Numbered from the stretch's first letter, positions 21,772-30,596 are shown. The stretch: DNA of 64,000 nucleotides from an uncultured Actinomycetes bacterium (GCA_963709345.1 CAVPVX010000004.1:224001-288000), one strand, 5' to 3'. The notes: a model not told the origin generated them from the letters alone. Numbers and translations: made by a program.

Positions 21772-21867
21772 ATGAGCCCCTGGCACGGCATCCACGACAC
21801 CTGGCGCCGGCCGCGCGGCTGGACGGGCTGCGCCGTCGGTCCCGCGATCCCTCCCGACGGCGTCTGA
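21772..21867 (+). CDS. Putative 31-aa leader peptide (MSPWHGIHDTWRRPRGWTGCAVGPAIPPDGV)
   Basis: Leaderless start geometry; the stop lies in the inverted repeat GACGGCGTC-T-GACGCCGTC; an internal CCCTCC is complementary to the downstream SD GGAGGG. Confidence 0.55.
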   Translation: MSPWHGIHDTWRRPRGWTGCAVGPAIPPDGV

Positions 21868-21933
21868 CGCCGTCCCCGCGGCGACGCTTCTGGTGAACGC
21901 CGCCGCTTCACGCTACTCCGGAGGGTGGTCCCC

Positions 21934-23364
21934 ATGACTTCGACCTACACCGACCGACACGCGACCAGTGACGCAGGGGCGCTGCACGCGCTGCGCGACG
22001 CCATCCCGGCGCCCTTCTGGCTGGACGATCCGGGCGCGCCGCCGGCGGCGCCGGCGCTCACCGGCGCCGACAGCTGCGATCTCGCCGTCGTCGGCGCCGG
22101 CTTCACCGGCCTCTGGGCCGCCCTGCAGGCCAAGGAGCGCGACCCCGGCGCCGACGTCGTCGTCCTCGACGCCGGGGTCGTCGCCGGCCAGGCCAGCGGC
22201 CGTAACGGCGGCATCTGCATGGCGTCGCTCACGCACGGCGTGGCCCAGGGCGCCGAGCTGTTCCCGCGCGAGGAGCGCAAGCTGATCGACCTCGGTATGG
22301 AGAACCTGGACGCGATCGAGGAGACCGTCGCCCGGCACGGCATCGAGTGCGGCTGGGAGCGCACCGGAGAGCTCGACATCGCGAGCGCGCCGTGGCAGGT
22401 CGAGGGCCTGCGCGAGGAGCGCGATCACTACGCCAGGGTAGGACTCAGTCACGAGTGGCTGGACCGGGACGCCATGCAGGCCGACATCCGTTCGCCGCTG
22501 TATCACGCCGGCCTGTGGCACCACGACGCCGCCATCCTCAATCCCGCCCGTCTGGCCTGGGGTCTCGCCCGGGTGTGCGCCGAACTGGGCGTGCGGTTCT
22601 ACGAGCGCACGCCTGTCTCGGGGCTCTCGCGATCCGGCCCCGGCGTCGAAGTGCGCGCGCCGTGGGGCACGCTGCGCGCACGGCGCGCCATCCTCGCGAC
22701 GAACGCGTTCCGGCCGCTCCTGCGGCGGCTGCGCCTGCACGTCGTCCCCGTCTACGACTACGCGCTCATGACCGAACCGCTGTCGCCGGAGCGGCTCGAG
22801 GCCATCGGCTGGTCGCGTCGGCAGGCGCTCGCCGACGCCGGCTACCTCTTCCACTACTACCGGCTCACGGAGGACCGGCGCATACTCTGGGGCGGCTGGG
22901 ACGCCTTCTATCACTACGGCAATCGCATCGCTCCCGGGCTCGAGGACCGTCCCGATATGTACGCCAAGCTCGCGCGGCACTTCTTCGCCACGTTCCCGCA
23001 ACTCGAGGGCCTGCGCTTCACGCATCGCTGGGCGGGAGTCATCGACACGTGCTCCCGCTTCTGCCAGTTCTGGGGGACCGCGCTCGACGGCCGCGTCTCC
23101 TACGTGCTCGGGTACACGGGCCTCGGGGTCGCCGCATCACGCTTCGGCGCGCGCGTCGCACTCGACCTCGTCGGCGACTCGCCGACCGAGCTCACGCGGC
23201 TCGACTTCGTCAGGTCGCGCCCGCTGCCGTTCCCGCCGGAGCCCTTGCGCTTCCCGCTGATCGAGGTCACGCGGCGCTCGACGGTCGGAGCGGAGGCCCG
23301 CGACGGCCGGCGCAACCTGTGGCTCCGGACGCTCGACCGCTTCGGCGTCGGCTTCGACTCCTAG
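21934..23364 (+). CDS. FAD-dependent oxidoreductase, PuuB/OrdL (polyamine oxidation) family
   Basis: VVGAGFTGLWAA, ASGRNGG, ILATNAF, PVYDYALMTEPL, FHYYRLT, WAGVID, GYTGLGVAASRFG, PFPPEP. Confidence 0.85.
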   Translation: MTSTYTDRHATSDAGALHALRDAIPAPFWLDDPGAPPAAPALTGADSCDLAVVGAGFTGLWAALQAKERDPGADVVVLDAGVVAGQASGRNGGICMASLTHGVAQGAELFPREERKLIDLGMENLDAIEETVARHGIECGWERTGELDIASAPWQVEGLREERDHYARVGLSHEWLDRDAMQADIRSPLYHAGLWHHDAAILNPARLAWGLARVCAELGVRFYERTPVSGLSRSGPGVEVRAPWGTLRARRAILATNAFRPLLRRLRLHVVPVYDYALMTEPLSPERLEAIGWSRRQALADAGYLFHYYRLTEDRRILWGGWDAFYHYGNRIAPGLEDRPDMYAKLARHFFATFPQLEGLRFTHRWAGVIDTCSRFCQFWGTALDGRVSYVLGYTGLGVAASRFGARVALDLVGDSPTELTRLDFVRSRPLPFPPEPLRFPLIEVTRRSTVGAEARDGRRNLWLRTLDRFGVGFDS

Positions 23365-23462
23365 CTGCATCCGTGAACGACGCCGGCCGGGGTCTTCTTC
23401 TGGTCGCATGCCGGCGCCGGAGCCGCGATAGACTCTCGCCGTCCAGCGAATCGGGGAGGAGC

Positions 23463-24893
23463 ATGGGCGTCGGCACATCGAGCTCTCTTCGGCGGGTCCT
23501 CGAGACAGTCGGCGTCGGCGCGGTCTTCTATGTCGCGGCGCTCGTGGGTCTGCGAGTCGGCCTTCCGGGAACGTCGGCGTCTCCCGTGTGGATCGCCGCC
23601 GGCGTCTCCCTGGCGGGAGCGCTGCTGTTCGGTCGGCACGTGCTCGTGGGGGTCTTCGTGGCCGCGGTCCTGGCGGAGAGCACGGTCAACTCCGTGCCCT
23701 TGGCGTTCGCGCTCGCGGCGGCCAACGTGGTCGAACCGCTCATCGCGGCGACTGCGCTGCAGCGGCTCTCAAGGGATCGCTGCGACCTGCTTCACGGCAG
23801 AGATACCGCCGTGCTGCTCGTCTTCGGAGCCGGGATAGGCACCGCGGTCAGCGCCACCATCGGCGCCGTCGCCCTGGGCGTTGCGCTGGATCTCGACGCC
23901 GCGACCGTGTCGCTCAACTGGTTCACCTGGTGGCTGGGAGACGTCGGCGGGCTCCTGCTCGTGGCTCCCCTGATCGTCTATCTGGCGCGTCAGCCGTACG
24001 CCTGGCCTGGTTGGCCCCGGGTCGTCGAGGGCGTGCTGCTCGTGTGCGGCACTGCGGCGATCGGGCTTGTGGCGTTGACGGGACTGGTGGACAGGGTCTG
24101 GGCGCTTCCGGCGCAGTCCCTCATCATGGTGCTGATCATCTGGACGGCGTTCAGTCTCGGGCCGCTGGTCTCGATGCTCTCGCTCAACATCGTGGCCGTC
24201 GTGACCGTGATCGCGGCTGTGCGGATGCGAGGCCCCTTCGTCGACTCCGGCCTGAACACGACCCTGCTCAGCCTGCAGGCGGCGATGTGCAGTCTGGCCG
24301 TCGCCGTCCTCATCCTCGCCACGCTGGTGGAGCAGCGCAAGGAGGCGATCCAGGCCGCGGAGACCGGTCGCGCGGAGCTCGAGGTGAAGGTCCTCGAGAG
24401 GACTGCGCAATTGCAGGAGCTTGCGACCCACGACGAGCTCACGGGACTGGTGAACCGGCGGGCTTTCGGCGCCCTGCTCGCGCAGGCCGTCCGCCGGGCG
24501 CGGCGTGGGCACGTCTCCGCGCTGCTGTACGGCGACCTGGACGGCTTCAAGGCGTTCAACGACGCGCATGGACATGCCGAAGGGGACCGGGCGCTCGTGG
24601 GCGTCGCGATCATCCTGCGCAAGGAGGCGCGTGACGCCGACGCGGTGGCGCGTCTCGGCGGCGACGAATTCGCCGTGCTTCTTGACGGCGCAAGCGCCTC
24701 GGGGGCGGCGGTCGCTCGCGATCGCATCACCGGGAGAGTCGCCGCGCTGGGCGCCGAGATGGGAAGCGGGCTTGGAGTGAGTATCGGGATCGCCCCTGTC
24801 GACGGTCGCCTCGAGGAGGACGGGCTGCTCGCTGCCGCCGACGCGGCGATGTACGCGGTCAAGGCGGCTGCGGGCCGGCCGGCCGCCCAGTAA
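23463..24893 (+). CDS. MASE1-domain diguanylate cyclase
   Basis: SPVWIAAG, WFTWWLGD (MASE1); DELTGLVNRR, DLDGFKAFND, I-site RDAD, RLGGDEF. Confidence 0.9.
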   Translation: MGVGTSSSLRRVLETVGVGAVFYVAALVGLRVGLPGTSASPVWIAAGVSLAGALLFGRHVLVGVFVAAVLAESTVNSVPLAFALAAANVVEPLIAATALQRLSRDRCDLLHGRDTAVLLVFGAGIGTAVSATIGAVALGVALDLDAATVSLNWFTWWLGDVGGLLLVAPLIVYLARQPYAWPGWPRVVEGVLLVCGTAAIGLVALTGLVDRVWALPAQSLIMVLIIWTAFSLGPLVSMLSLNIVAVVTVIAAVRMRGPFVDSGLNTTLLSLQAAMCSLAVAVLILATLVEQRKEAIQAAETGRAELEVKVLERTAQLQELATHDELTGLVNRRAFGALLAQAVRRARRGHVSALLYGDLDGFKAFNDAHGHAEGDRALVGVAIILRKEARDADAVARLGGDEFAVLLDGASASGAAVARDRITGRVAALGAEMGSGLGVSIGIAPVDGRLEEDGLLAAADAAMYAVKAAAGRPAAQ

Positions 24894-24909
24894 CCCACTG
24901 GCGACGCCT

Positions 24910-26301
24910 TCAGCCGTAGAGTCCGGCCACCGCCTCCTCGAACACCTCACTGTGGCGGTCGACGTCCGCCGCCGACGTGGCCGGGCACATGAGCGCCATG
25001 TTGTGGAACGGCGTCATGAAGATGCCGCGATTGATCGTGTAGAGGTGCAGGTACTCCTCGAGCGGGCCGTCGTGAGCGGCGCGCGACTCGCCGCCGGTGC
25101 GCGGGATCGACGGACAGAAGCGATACTCCGCGCGGGCTCCAAGCTGCACGACCACCCACGGGACGCGGTGTGCGTCGATGACGCCCTGCACGCCGTTGGC
25201 GTAGCGGGTGGCCAGCGCGATCATGTGCGCGTAGCTCTCGTCCGTCAGCACCTGCTCGAGCGCGGCGCGCGCGGCCGCCGAGGCGAGCGCGTTGCCGGCG
25301 AGCGTTCCGCCCACCCCACCCTGGTCGACGAGGTCGGCCGCGGGGTCGCCCAGGATTCGGCCGGCGAGTTCCTCTGTGACGCCGTAGGCGCCCATCGGCA
25401 CGCCGCCAGCGATGGCTTTGCCGATAGTGACGACGTCCGGACGCAGTCCGAGGGCGCGGGTGCAACCGCCGACCCCCGCGCTGATCGTGTGCGTCTCGTC
25501 GTTGATGAGGAGGGTGCCGGTCTGGTCACACAGGTCACGCACCCTGTCCAGAAACCCGGGTGCAGGCGGTACGATGCCGATGTTGGTCATGACCGGCTCC
25601 ATGAGTACGCAGGCGACGTCGCGAGGTTCGAGGGCCGATCTCAGCGCGTCCACATCGTTGAACTCGACGACCTTCGTGGTCTGGGCAGGATCGACCTGCG
25701 GCCCGACGTTGCCCGGCTTGGCCTGCGCCGCGCCGCCCGCTCCGGTCACCACGATCGTCTCGTCCACGCTGCCGTGGTAGCACTCGCTGAAGACGAGGAC
25801 ATAGGGACGCCGCTGCACCTGCCGGCACAGGCGCAGGACCCAGCGGTTGGCGTCGGTCGCGGTCAGTGAGAACTGCCAATAGGGCAGTCCGAAGCGGCGC
25901 TGCAGTTCGGCTCCGACGAAGGCGGCGTCCTCCGTCGGCAGCATGGTCGTGATGCCCCCGAGGTCGCTGAGTCTCCTTTGGACGGCGCGCACGACGGCGT
26001 CGGGCGAGTGGCCGGTCATCGCGCCGGTGTCACCGAGGCAGAAGTCGATGTACGTGTGGCCGTCGACGTCGGTGATGCGGTTGCCGCGCGCCTCCGCGAA
26101 GTACAACGGGTGGTCGCCGATGAGCATGCTCATCCAGCTCATCGGGACGCCGGCCAGCAGCGTGCCGGCCGCTTGCCGGAAGAGGTCTCGCGAGCGCGGG
26201 TGCGCGGTGGCGTAGGCGGCGCGCTCGCGGGTGATAAGCGAGCGCAGCCGCTCACGATCGATGACGCGTGTCTCACGGGCTTCCGCGGGGATGACTGCCA
26301 T
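24910..26301 (-). CDS. Class III PLP aminotransferase (GSA-aminomutase-like)
   Basis: DVDGHTYIDFCLGDTGAMTGH, YHGSVDE, EPVMTNIG, DETHT, GKAIAGG, GGTLAGN. Confidence 0.9.
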   Translation of the reverse strand: MAVIPAEARETRVIDRERLRSLITRERAAYATAHPRSRDLFRQAAGTLLAGVPMSWMSMLIGDHPLYFAEARGNRITDVDGHTYIDFCLGDTGAMTGHSPDAVVRAVQRRLSDLGGITTMLPTEDAAFVGAELQRRFGLPYWQFSLTATDANRWVLRLCRQVQRRPYVLVFSECYHGSVDETIVVTGAGGAAQAKPGNVGPQVDPAQTTKVVEFNDVDALRSALEPRDVACVLMEPVMTNIGIVPPAPGFLDRVRDLCDQTGTLLINDETHTISAGVGGCTRALGLRPDVVTIGKAIAGGVPMGAYGVTEELAGRILGDPAADLVDQGGVGGTLAGNALASAAARAALEQVLTDESYAHMIALATRYANGVQGVIDAHRVPWVVVQLGARAEYRFCPSIPRTGGESRAAHDGPLEEYLHLYTINRGIFMTPFHNMALMCPATSAADVDRHSEVFEEAVAGLYG

Positions 26302-26368
26302 GGGGTCCCTCCTGGGGTGGTCCGGCCGACTCGGCCGGCGAGAGGACGACGCGGGTCGAGGGTATCAT

Positions 26369-26382
26369 TGACTGAACAGTCA
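26369..26382. promoter_or_regulatory. Palindromic operator upstream of the aminotransferase (TetR-like)
   Basis: TGACTG-AA-CAGTCA in an AT-rich patch about 70 nt upstream of the ATG. Confidence 0.5.
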
Positions 26383-26446
26383 TGCAATCATGTAGACTGG
26401 GGGTGTCCTCGCGGCGGCATCCCGTCTCCCGCTCGCTTCTCGTGAG

Positions 26447-27163
26447 CTAATGCCCGCAGTGGCAGTATCGCTCGAGGCCGAGGATGGTCGCGGCCGCCGC
26501 CACGGTGACGCCGTAGAACACGACCGGCTTGCCGCCGTCGACGAGTCCGGTGATCGAGCCGTTGACGAGCGTCGATCCCGTGGCGAAGACGACGTCGCAC
26601 CAGCGGAGCGCGTCCGCCGTGTTCTCCGGCGGCTCCACGGTGACGCCACCGACGGTCGATCCGATGTTGTCGGGGTCCAGATCGACGGCGCGGATCTCGG
26701 CCGCCGCCGCGAGGGTCTCCAGGAACCGCGGCTGCTGGCCGACGAGGAGAACACGACCGCGGCCCGCGAGCGTCTCCATGAGGTGTCCGGCGCACTCCTT
26801 CGGCTCGGCGTCTCTACAGTGAACGGTGCCGTCGCACAAGCCCAGGTGGCGGTAGACGGCGTTGAGCCCCGCGACGAAGCTCGCGCGGCTCGCGTCGCTG
26901 TCGAGGACGATGCGTGGCAGTTCCTCAACGAAGTAGTCGGCGTTCGCGTAGGCGCCGGCGAAGGCCTGTCCACGGGCGCCTTCGAACGCGGCTTCGACCA
27001 TCACCTCCTTGCCCTTGAGGATCGGGTAGTCCGTGTGTTCCGGGTCGCCGATGGCCTCGGCCGGCGTGAGCGCCCGGCAGGTGATGCTGATCCTGCGGCC
27101 CGCGAGACCGTTGCTCTCCACGGTCGCGGCGAAGGCGTCCCTCAGAGTGCTGTACACGTCCAT
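26447..27163 (-). CDS. DUF364/Rossmann-like putative metal-chelation protein
   Basis: EAIGDPEHTDYPILKGKE, GTVHCRDAEPKEC, DLDPDNIG, ATGSTLVNGSI, YGVTVAAAA. Confidence 0.8.
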   Translation of the reverse strand: MDVYSTLRDAFAATVESNGLAGRRISITCRALTPAEAIGDPEHTDYPILKGKEVMVEAAFEGARGQAFAGAYANADYFVEELPRIVLDSDASRASFVAGLNAVYRHLGLCDGTVHCRDAEPKECAGHLMETLAGRGRVLLVGQQPRFLETLAAAAEIRAVDLDPDNIGSTVGGVTVEPPENTADALRWCDVVFATGSTLVNGSITGLVDGGKPVVFYGVTVAAAATILGLERYCHCGH

Positions 27164-27206
27164 CTTCTGTGACTCCCTTCGTCTGACGGGCATGACGGTT
27201 CCGGCG

Positions 27207-27675
27207 TCACTCCGGAGGCATGAAGCCGTTGGCCTGCAGGACGCGCCGGCCTGCGGCGGAGAACACCAGGTCGACGAACGCCGCCGCGCCGCGGACCTGA
27301 GCACAGCCGCCGACGACCGCGATGGGGAACGACTCGATCACGTTCTGGTCGTCGCGGATGACGACGCCGTCGATCCTGCCCCTGGCCGCCGTGAGCTCAC
27401 TGACCCAGGCCACCCCGGCGTCGGCCTCTCCCATCGCGATCTTGGTCACCACACCCTTGATAGTGTCCTCGAGCGACACGGGCTCCACGCTGATGCCCTA
27501 CGCGGCGAGCATCCGGTCGGCACACGCGCCGCCTGGCAGGTTGGGCTCGCCCAGAACGACCTTGAGCTCCGGGTCGGCGAGATCGCTGAGGCACGTGACG
27601 CCGCAGGGGTTGCCCGGCTCCACGATGATCGCCATCGTGTTGCGGGCGAACACGCGCGGCGTGCCGACGAGGTCC
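27207..27675 (-). pseudogene. modA: Molybdate ABC substrate-binding protein remnant (5' part deleted, internal TAG)
   Basis: FARNTMAIIVEPGNP...LSDLA, GEADAGVAWVSE, FPIAVV...GRRVLQANGF. In-frame TAG at 27500-27498; no signal peptide, RBS or N-domain. Confidence 0.8.
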
Positions 27676-27678
27676 GGG

Positions 27679-27786
27679 CGTTTCCGCGTCGGGCCCACGA
27701 CGGCGCCTGCGCGCGCCGTCCCACGGTCTGTCCGTGGTACGGCCCGGCACCCGTAGCGAACGCCGTAGGGTGACGGGCTTGGAGAC
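27679..27786 (-). ncRNA. Moco (molybdenum cofactor) riboswitch, 3'-truncated
   Basis: Minus strand reads CUCCAAGCCCGUCACCCUACGGCGUUCGCUACGGGUGCCGGGCCG (P1/P2), CCACGG-ACAGA-CCGUGG (P3), GACGGCGC..GCGCCGUC (P4), CCCG-ACGC-GGAAAC (P5-like). It lies directly upstream of modA. Matched by eye to the moaA-type motif. Confidence 0.7.
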
Positions 27787-27793
27787 GGCGCCG

Positions 27794-27822
27794 AGTATCT
27801 CCGGGGGCTTCGGTCAAGTCAA
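27794..27822 (-). promoter_or_regulatory. Promoter of the Moco riboswitch-modA-DUF364 unit
   Basis: Minus strand TTGACT-N17-GATACT, ending 7 nt before the riboswitch 5' end. Confidence 0.6.
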
Positions 27823-27941
27823 TCTGGCGGGTGGTCCTTGCGGCGGCTCGGCAACGGGATAGAGTTGGGCGTACTGTCGTCCGGGCGGTCCGGTGGGGGC
27901 CGCGATCCGGCGCGCTGGCGCGAAGAAGGGAGGGAGTGGCG

Positions 27942-28547
27942 GTGAGACGCGAGGAGTGGGCGAAGCAGCGACGCCGCGAGATGCTCGCCGCCTACTACCA
28001 GGTGCTCAAGGCCGAGGGGCTGCAGGGCGCGTCGCTCGCCAAGATCGCGAAGCTCATCGACGCGCCGCCCAGTCTGCTCATCCACTATTTCGGTACCAAG
28101 GAGCAGATGACGATCGAGCTGGTCGACTACCTGCTCGAGGAGTATCGCCAGGGGTACGGAGACAGGCTCGCCGCGATCGCCGATCCGCGCGAGCGCCTTG
28201 CCGCGATCCTCGACACCTTCTTCGACGCGGAGTACCACCAACTGCTCGACGACAGCGTCTTCTACGCCTGCTTCTACATCAGCCTGCGGCATGCCGCGGT
28301 GCGCAAGAGCTTCGCCGCCCTGTACGAGACATCCCTGGAGCTGGTCGAGACCACGCTCGCGGACTGCATGGTCGCGGGGTACGTCCGGGTCGACGACGCC
28401 CACGAGCTCGCGGTCGCGGTGAAGGCCCTGGAAGAAGGCTACGCCTTCCTCATCGGCGGTGGCGCCGACGAAGACGCCAAGGCCGAGATCGGGACCGCGC
28501 TCAGGAAGCGCGCGCTTCAGCTGCTCGGCCTCCCCGCTCCCGCCTGA
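27942..28547 (+). CDS. TetR/AcrR family transcriptional regulator
   Basis: RRREMLAAYYQVLKAEGLQGASLAKIAK...PSLLIHYFGTKEQM (HTH). Confidence 0.9.
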   Translation: MRREEWAKQRRREMLAAYYQVLKAEGLQGASLAKIAKLIDAPPSLLIHYFGTKEQMTIELVDYLLEEYRQGYGDRLAAIADPRERLAAILDTFFDAEYHQLLDDSVFYACFYISLRHAAVRKSFAALYETSLELVETTLADCMVAGYVRVDDAHELAVAVKALEEGYAFLIGGGADEDAKAEIGTALRKRALQLLGLPAPA

Positions 28548-28654
28548 GGCGTCCGGACAGCACGGGCGCCTGCCTCCGCGTGCCTCATGAAGGGACGCCG
28601 TACCCATCCCGCTCGGGAAGCCCGCCGCCGACGATTTCGCCAGTGGTCGACCGA

Positions 28655-28684
28655 CGGCGTCGCCCCGCCTGCGGGGCGACGCCG
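28655..28684 (+). terminator. GC-rich hairpin downstream of tetR
   Basis: CGGCGTCGCCCCGC-CT-GCGGGGCGACGCCG; no U-tract. Confidence 0.45.
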
Positions 28685-28697
28685 GTACGGCAAATGC

Positions 28698-28725
28698 TCA
28701 AGAACGGGTCGGGCGTTGCCGAAAC
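28698..28725 (+). promoter_or_regulatory. Sigma28 (FliA/WhiG)-like promoter
   Basis: TCAA-N16-GCCGAAAC, compared with the TAAA-N15/16-GCCGATAA consensus. Confidence 0.4.
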
Positions 28726-28820
28726 AGTCAACGCTGGTGGAGATGCACTGCAGGGGGTTGCGACGTCGGGGGCGGTCGGCGGATGTCGGGCCTCACGGGA
28801 GAAGTCCATGGAGGTGTGAT

Positions 28821-30542
28821 GTGAGTGGCAAAGCAGCAGCGCTCGTCGTGGCCGGGGTGGCCGTTCTTCTCGCGCTCGGTCTGACGGCATGCGGTGAGTC
28901 GAGCTCCGGCGACTCCGGGGCATCGCCGGCTGCCAGTGCCAGTCCAGCGGTCGCCCAGACCGTGAAGGTCGCGTCGGCGGTCATGCCGCCGGTCGTGCAC
29001 GCGAAGGTCGGCGACCAGCTCAAGGTGCGGCTGAACAGCAACGCGAGCACAGGGTATTCCTGGACGGCGCAGGTCATGTCGGGCGAGGGAGAGACGCCGA
29101 TCCTCAAGCAGGTGGGCGACCCCGAGACCATCGCGCCGAAGAGCAAGCTTGCCGGCGCGCCCGGCAAGACGGAGTTCACGTTCGTGGTCGAGGCAGAGGG
29201 TACACAGGAGCTGGGATTCTGGTACGAGCCTCCGGCGGAGGGCGCGCCCGGCTCGACCTACGCCCTCATCGTCAAGGCCGGGAAGGGCCACATCCCCGTC
29301 GACGTCAAGGCCGGCGAGGAGTACACAGCCGAGATGGCCGAACTGCGCACCGGCGACACCCTCGTCGTCACGATCAAGCACGCAGCGGACAAGGGCCGCC
29401 ACACCTGGAAGATGGTCGGCGGCGATCCCCTGCTCACGATGACGGGGCAGAAGTACTCGGGCGGTGGGTCCGGCACCGAGACCGTGACGTTCAAAGGCAA
29501 CGCGGCCGGCACCGGCACGCTGGTTCTGGTGAACCGTCCCAGCGGCGATCCGCCGCTGCAGACCTACGCACTGCCCGTCTTCGTCAAGACGCCGAAGAAG
29601 CCGGTCACCCTGCAGATGAACCACAACGACAACGACGAGTCCTTCGCTGCGAGAGCGGGCGACACGATCCAGGTGAGCCTGCACGACACGCCTACCACCG
29701 ACTTCCAGTGGAAGTTCCAGACGCCGAACGCAAAGGTGCTGAAGCAGGTCGGCAAGCCCAAGTTCTACCCCAAGAGCGACGCCATGGGATCGCCCGGAAA
29801 GATGGTGTGGACGTTCAGCGTCGTGGGCACCGGCAAGGCGTCATTGATCGCGGACTACACGGAGATCCCGGAGCAGGCGATGCCGATCAAGACGTGGCAG
29901 GTCACCATCGCCGCCAAGCCCGGCTACGCGCCCAAGACCGTCGGCGCCGTGGACGCGTACCCCGCCGAGACCGTGCACGTGCTGCCCGGCGACCAGATCA
30001 AGGTACACCTGAACGGCAACGTCGGCGCGTGGGTGAATCAGACCACGAGCAAGCAGCTTGCGGCGATGAAGCCGGTCCAGCAGGGCTCGACGACCGTCGT
30101 GACCTATGAGGCCAAGAATCACGGCGTCGCCACCCCGGTCCTGTGGGCCGAGACGTCCGGCGGCTGGCCCGCACAGGCCTACGCGTTCTCGGCGACGGTC
30201 GGCAAGGGCAGTCTGCCGAAGACGGTGACCGCTGTCGAGCGTCGCGTCGCCAAGACCATCGAGGTGAACGCCGGCGACCTGTTCGACATCGTTCTGCCGA
30301 GCAACTCGGCTTCTACCGGTTACACGTGGACGACAGCGAGCATTGTCACCGACGGTGTGATCGAAGCGGCCGGCGAGCCGACCGTTGCGGCCTCCGGCGA
30401 CATGCCCGGCGCTCAGGGCACGACGACCATGCACTTCAAGGCGGTCGGCGCCGGAACCGCGCAGCTCATGCTGTTGCTGGAGCCTCCGGGTGGCGAGGGC
30501 ACGCCGGAGGGCGTCTACCTGACCATGGTGGACGTGCAGTAG
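28821..30542 (+). CDS. Lipoprotein with five tandem chagasin/I42 inhibitor-like domains
   Basis: Lipobox LTAC; repeated GDx(L/I)xVxL units; NASTGYSW, DTPTTDFQW, NSASTGYTW; GAPG/GSPG/GAQG loops. Confidence 0.85.
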   Translation: MSGKAAALVVAGVAVLLALGLTACGESSSGDSGASPAASASPAVAQTVKVASAVMPPVVHAKVGDQLKVRLNSNASTGYSWTAQVMSGEGETPILKQVGDPETIAPKSKLAGAPGKTEFTFVVEAEGTQELGFWYEPPAEGAPGSTYALIVKAGKGHIPVDVKAGEEYTAEMAELRTGDTLVVTIKHAADKGRHTWKMVGGDPLLTMTGQKYSGGGSGTETVTFKGNAAGTGTLVLVNRPSGDPPLQTYALPVFVKTPKKPVTLQMNHNDNDESFAARAGDTIQVSLHDTPTTDFQWKFQTPNAKVLKQVGKPKFYPKSDAMGSPGKMVWTFSVVGTGKASLIADYTEIPEQAMPIKTWQVTIAAKPGYAPKTVGAVDAYPAETVHVLPGDQIKVHLNGNVGAWVNQTTSKQLAAMKPVQQGSTTVVTYEAKNHGVATPVLWAETSGGWPAQAYAFSATVGKGSLPKTVTAVERRVAKTIEVNAGDLFDIVLPSNSASTGYTWTTASIVTDGVIEAAGEPTVAASGDMPGAQGTTTMHFKAVGAGTAQLMLLLEPPGGEGTPEGVYLTMVDVQ

Positions 30543-30566
30543 GGAGAGCGAAGAGCGACAGGACGG

Positions 30567-30596
30567 CGAGGCGGCCGGCGTGAGCCGGCCGCCTCG
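30567..30596 (+). terminator. Hairpin (13-bp stem, GNRA loop) between convergent genes
   Basis: CGAGGCGGCCGGC-GTGA-GCCGGCCGCCTCG. Confidence 0.65.

Noticed and set aside
27498-27500. In-frame TAG in modA as possible pyrrolysine or readthrough codon
   Set aside because: The gene also lacks its 5' part and RBS, and no pyl genes are in the window. A pseudogene is the simpler explanation.
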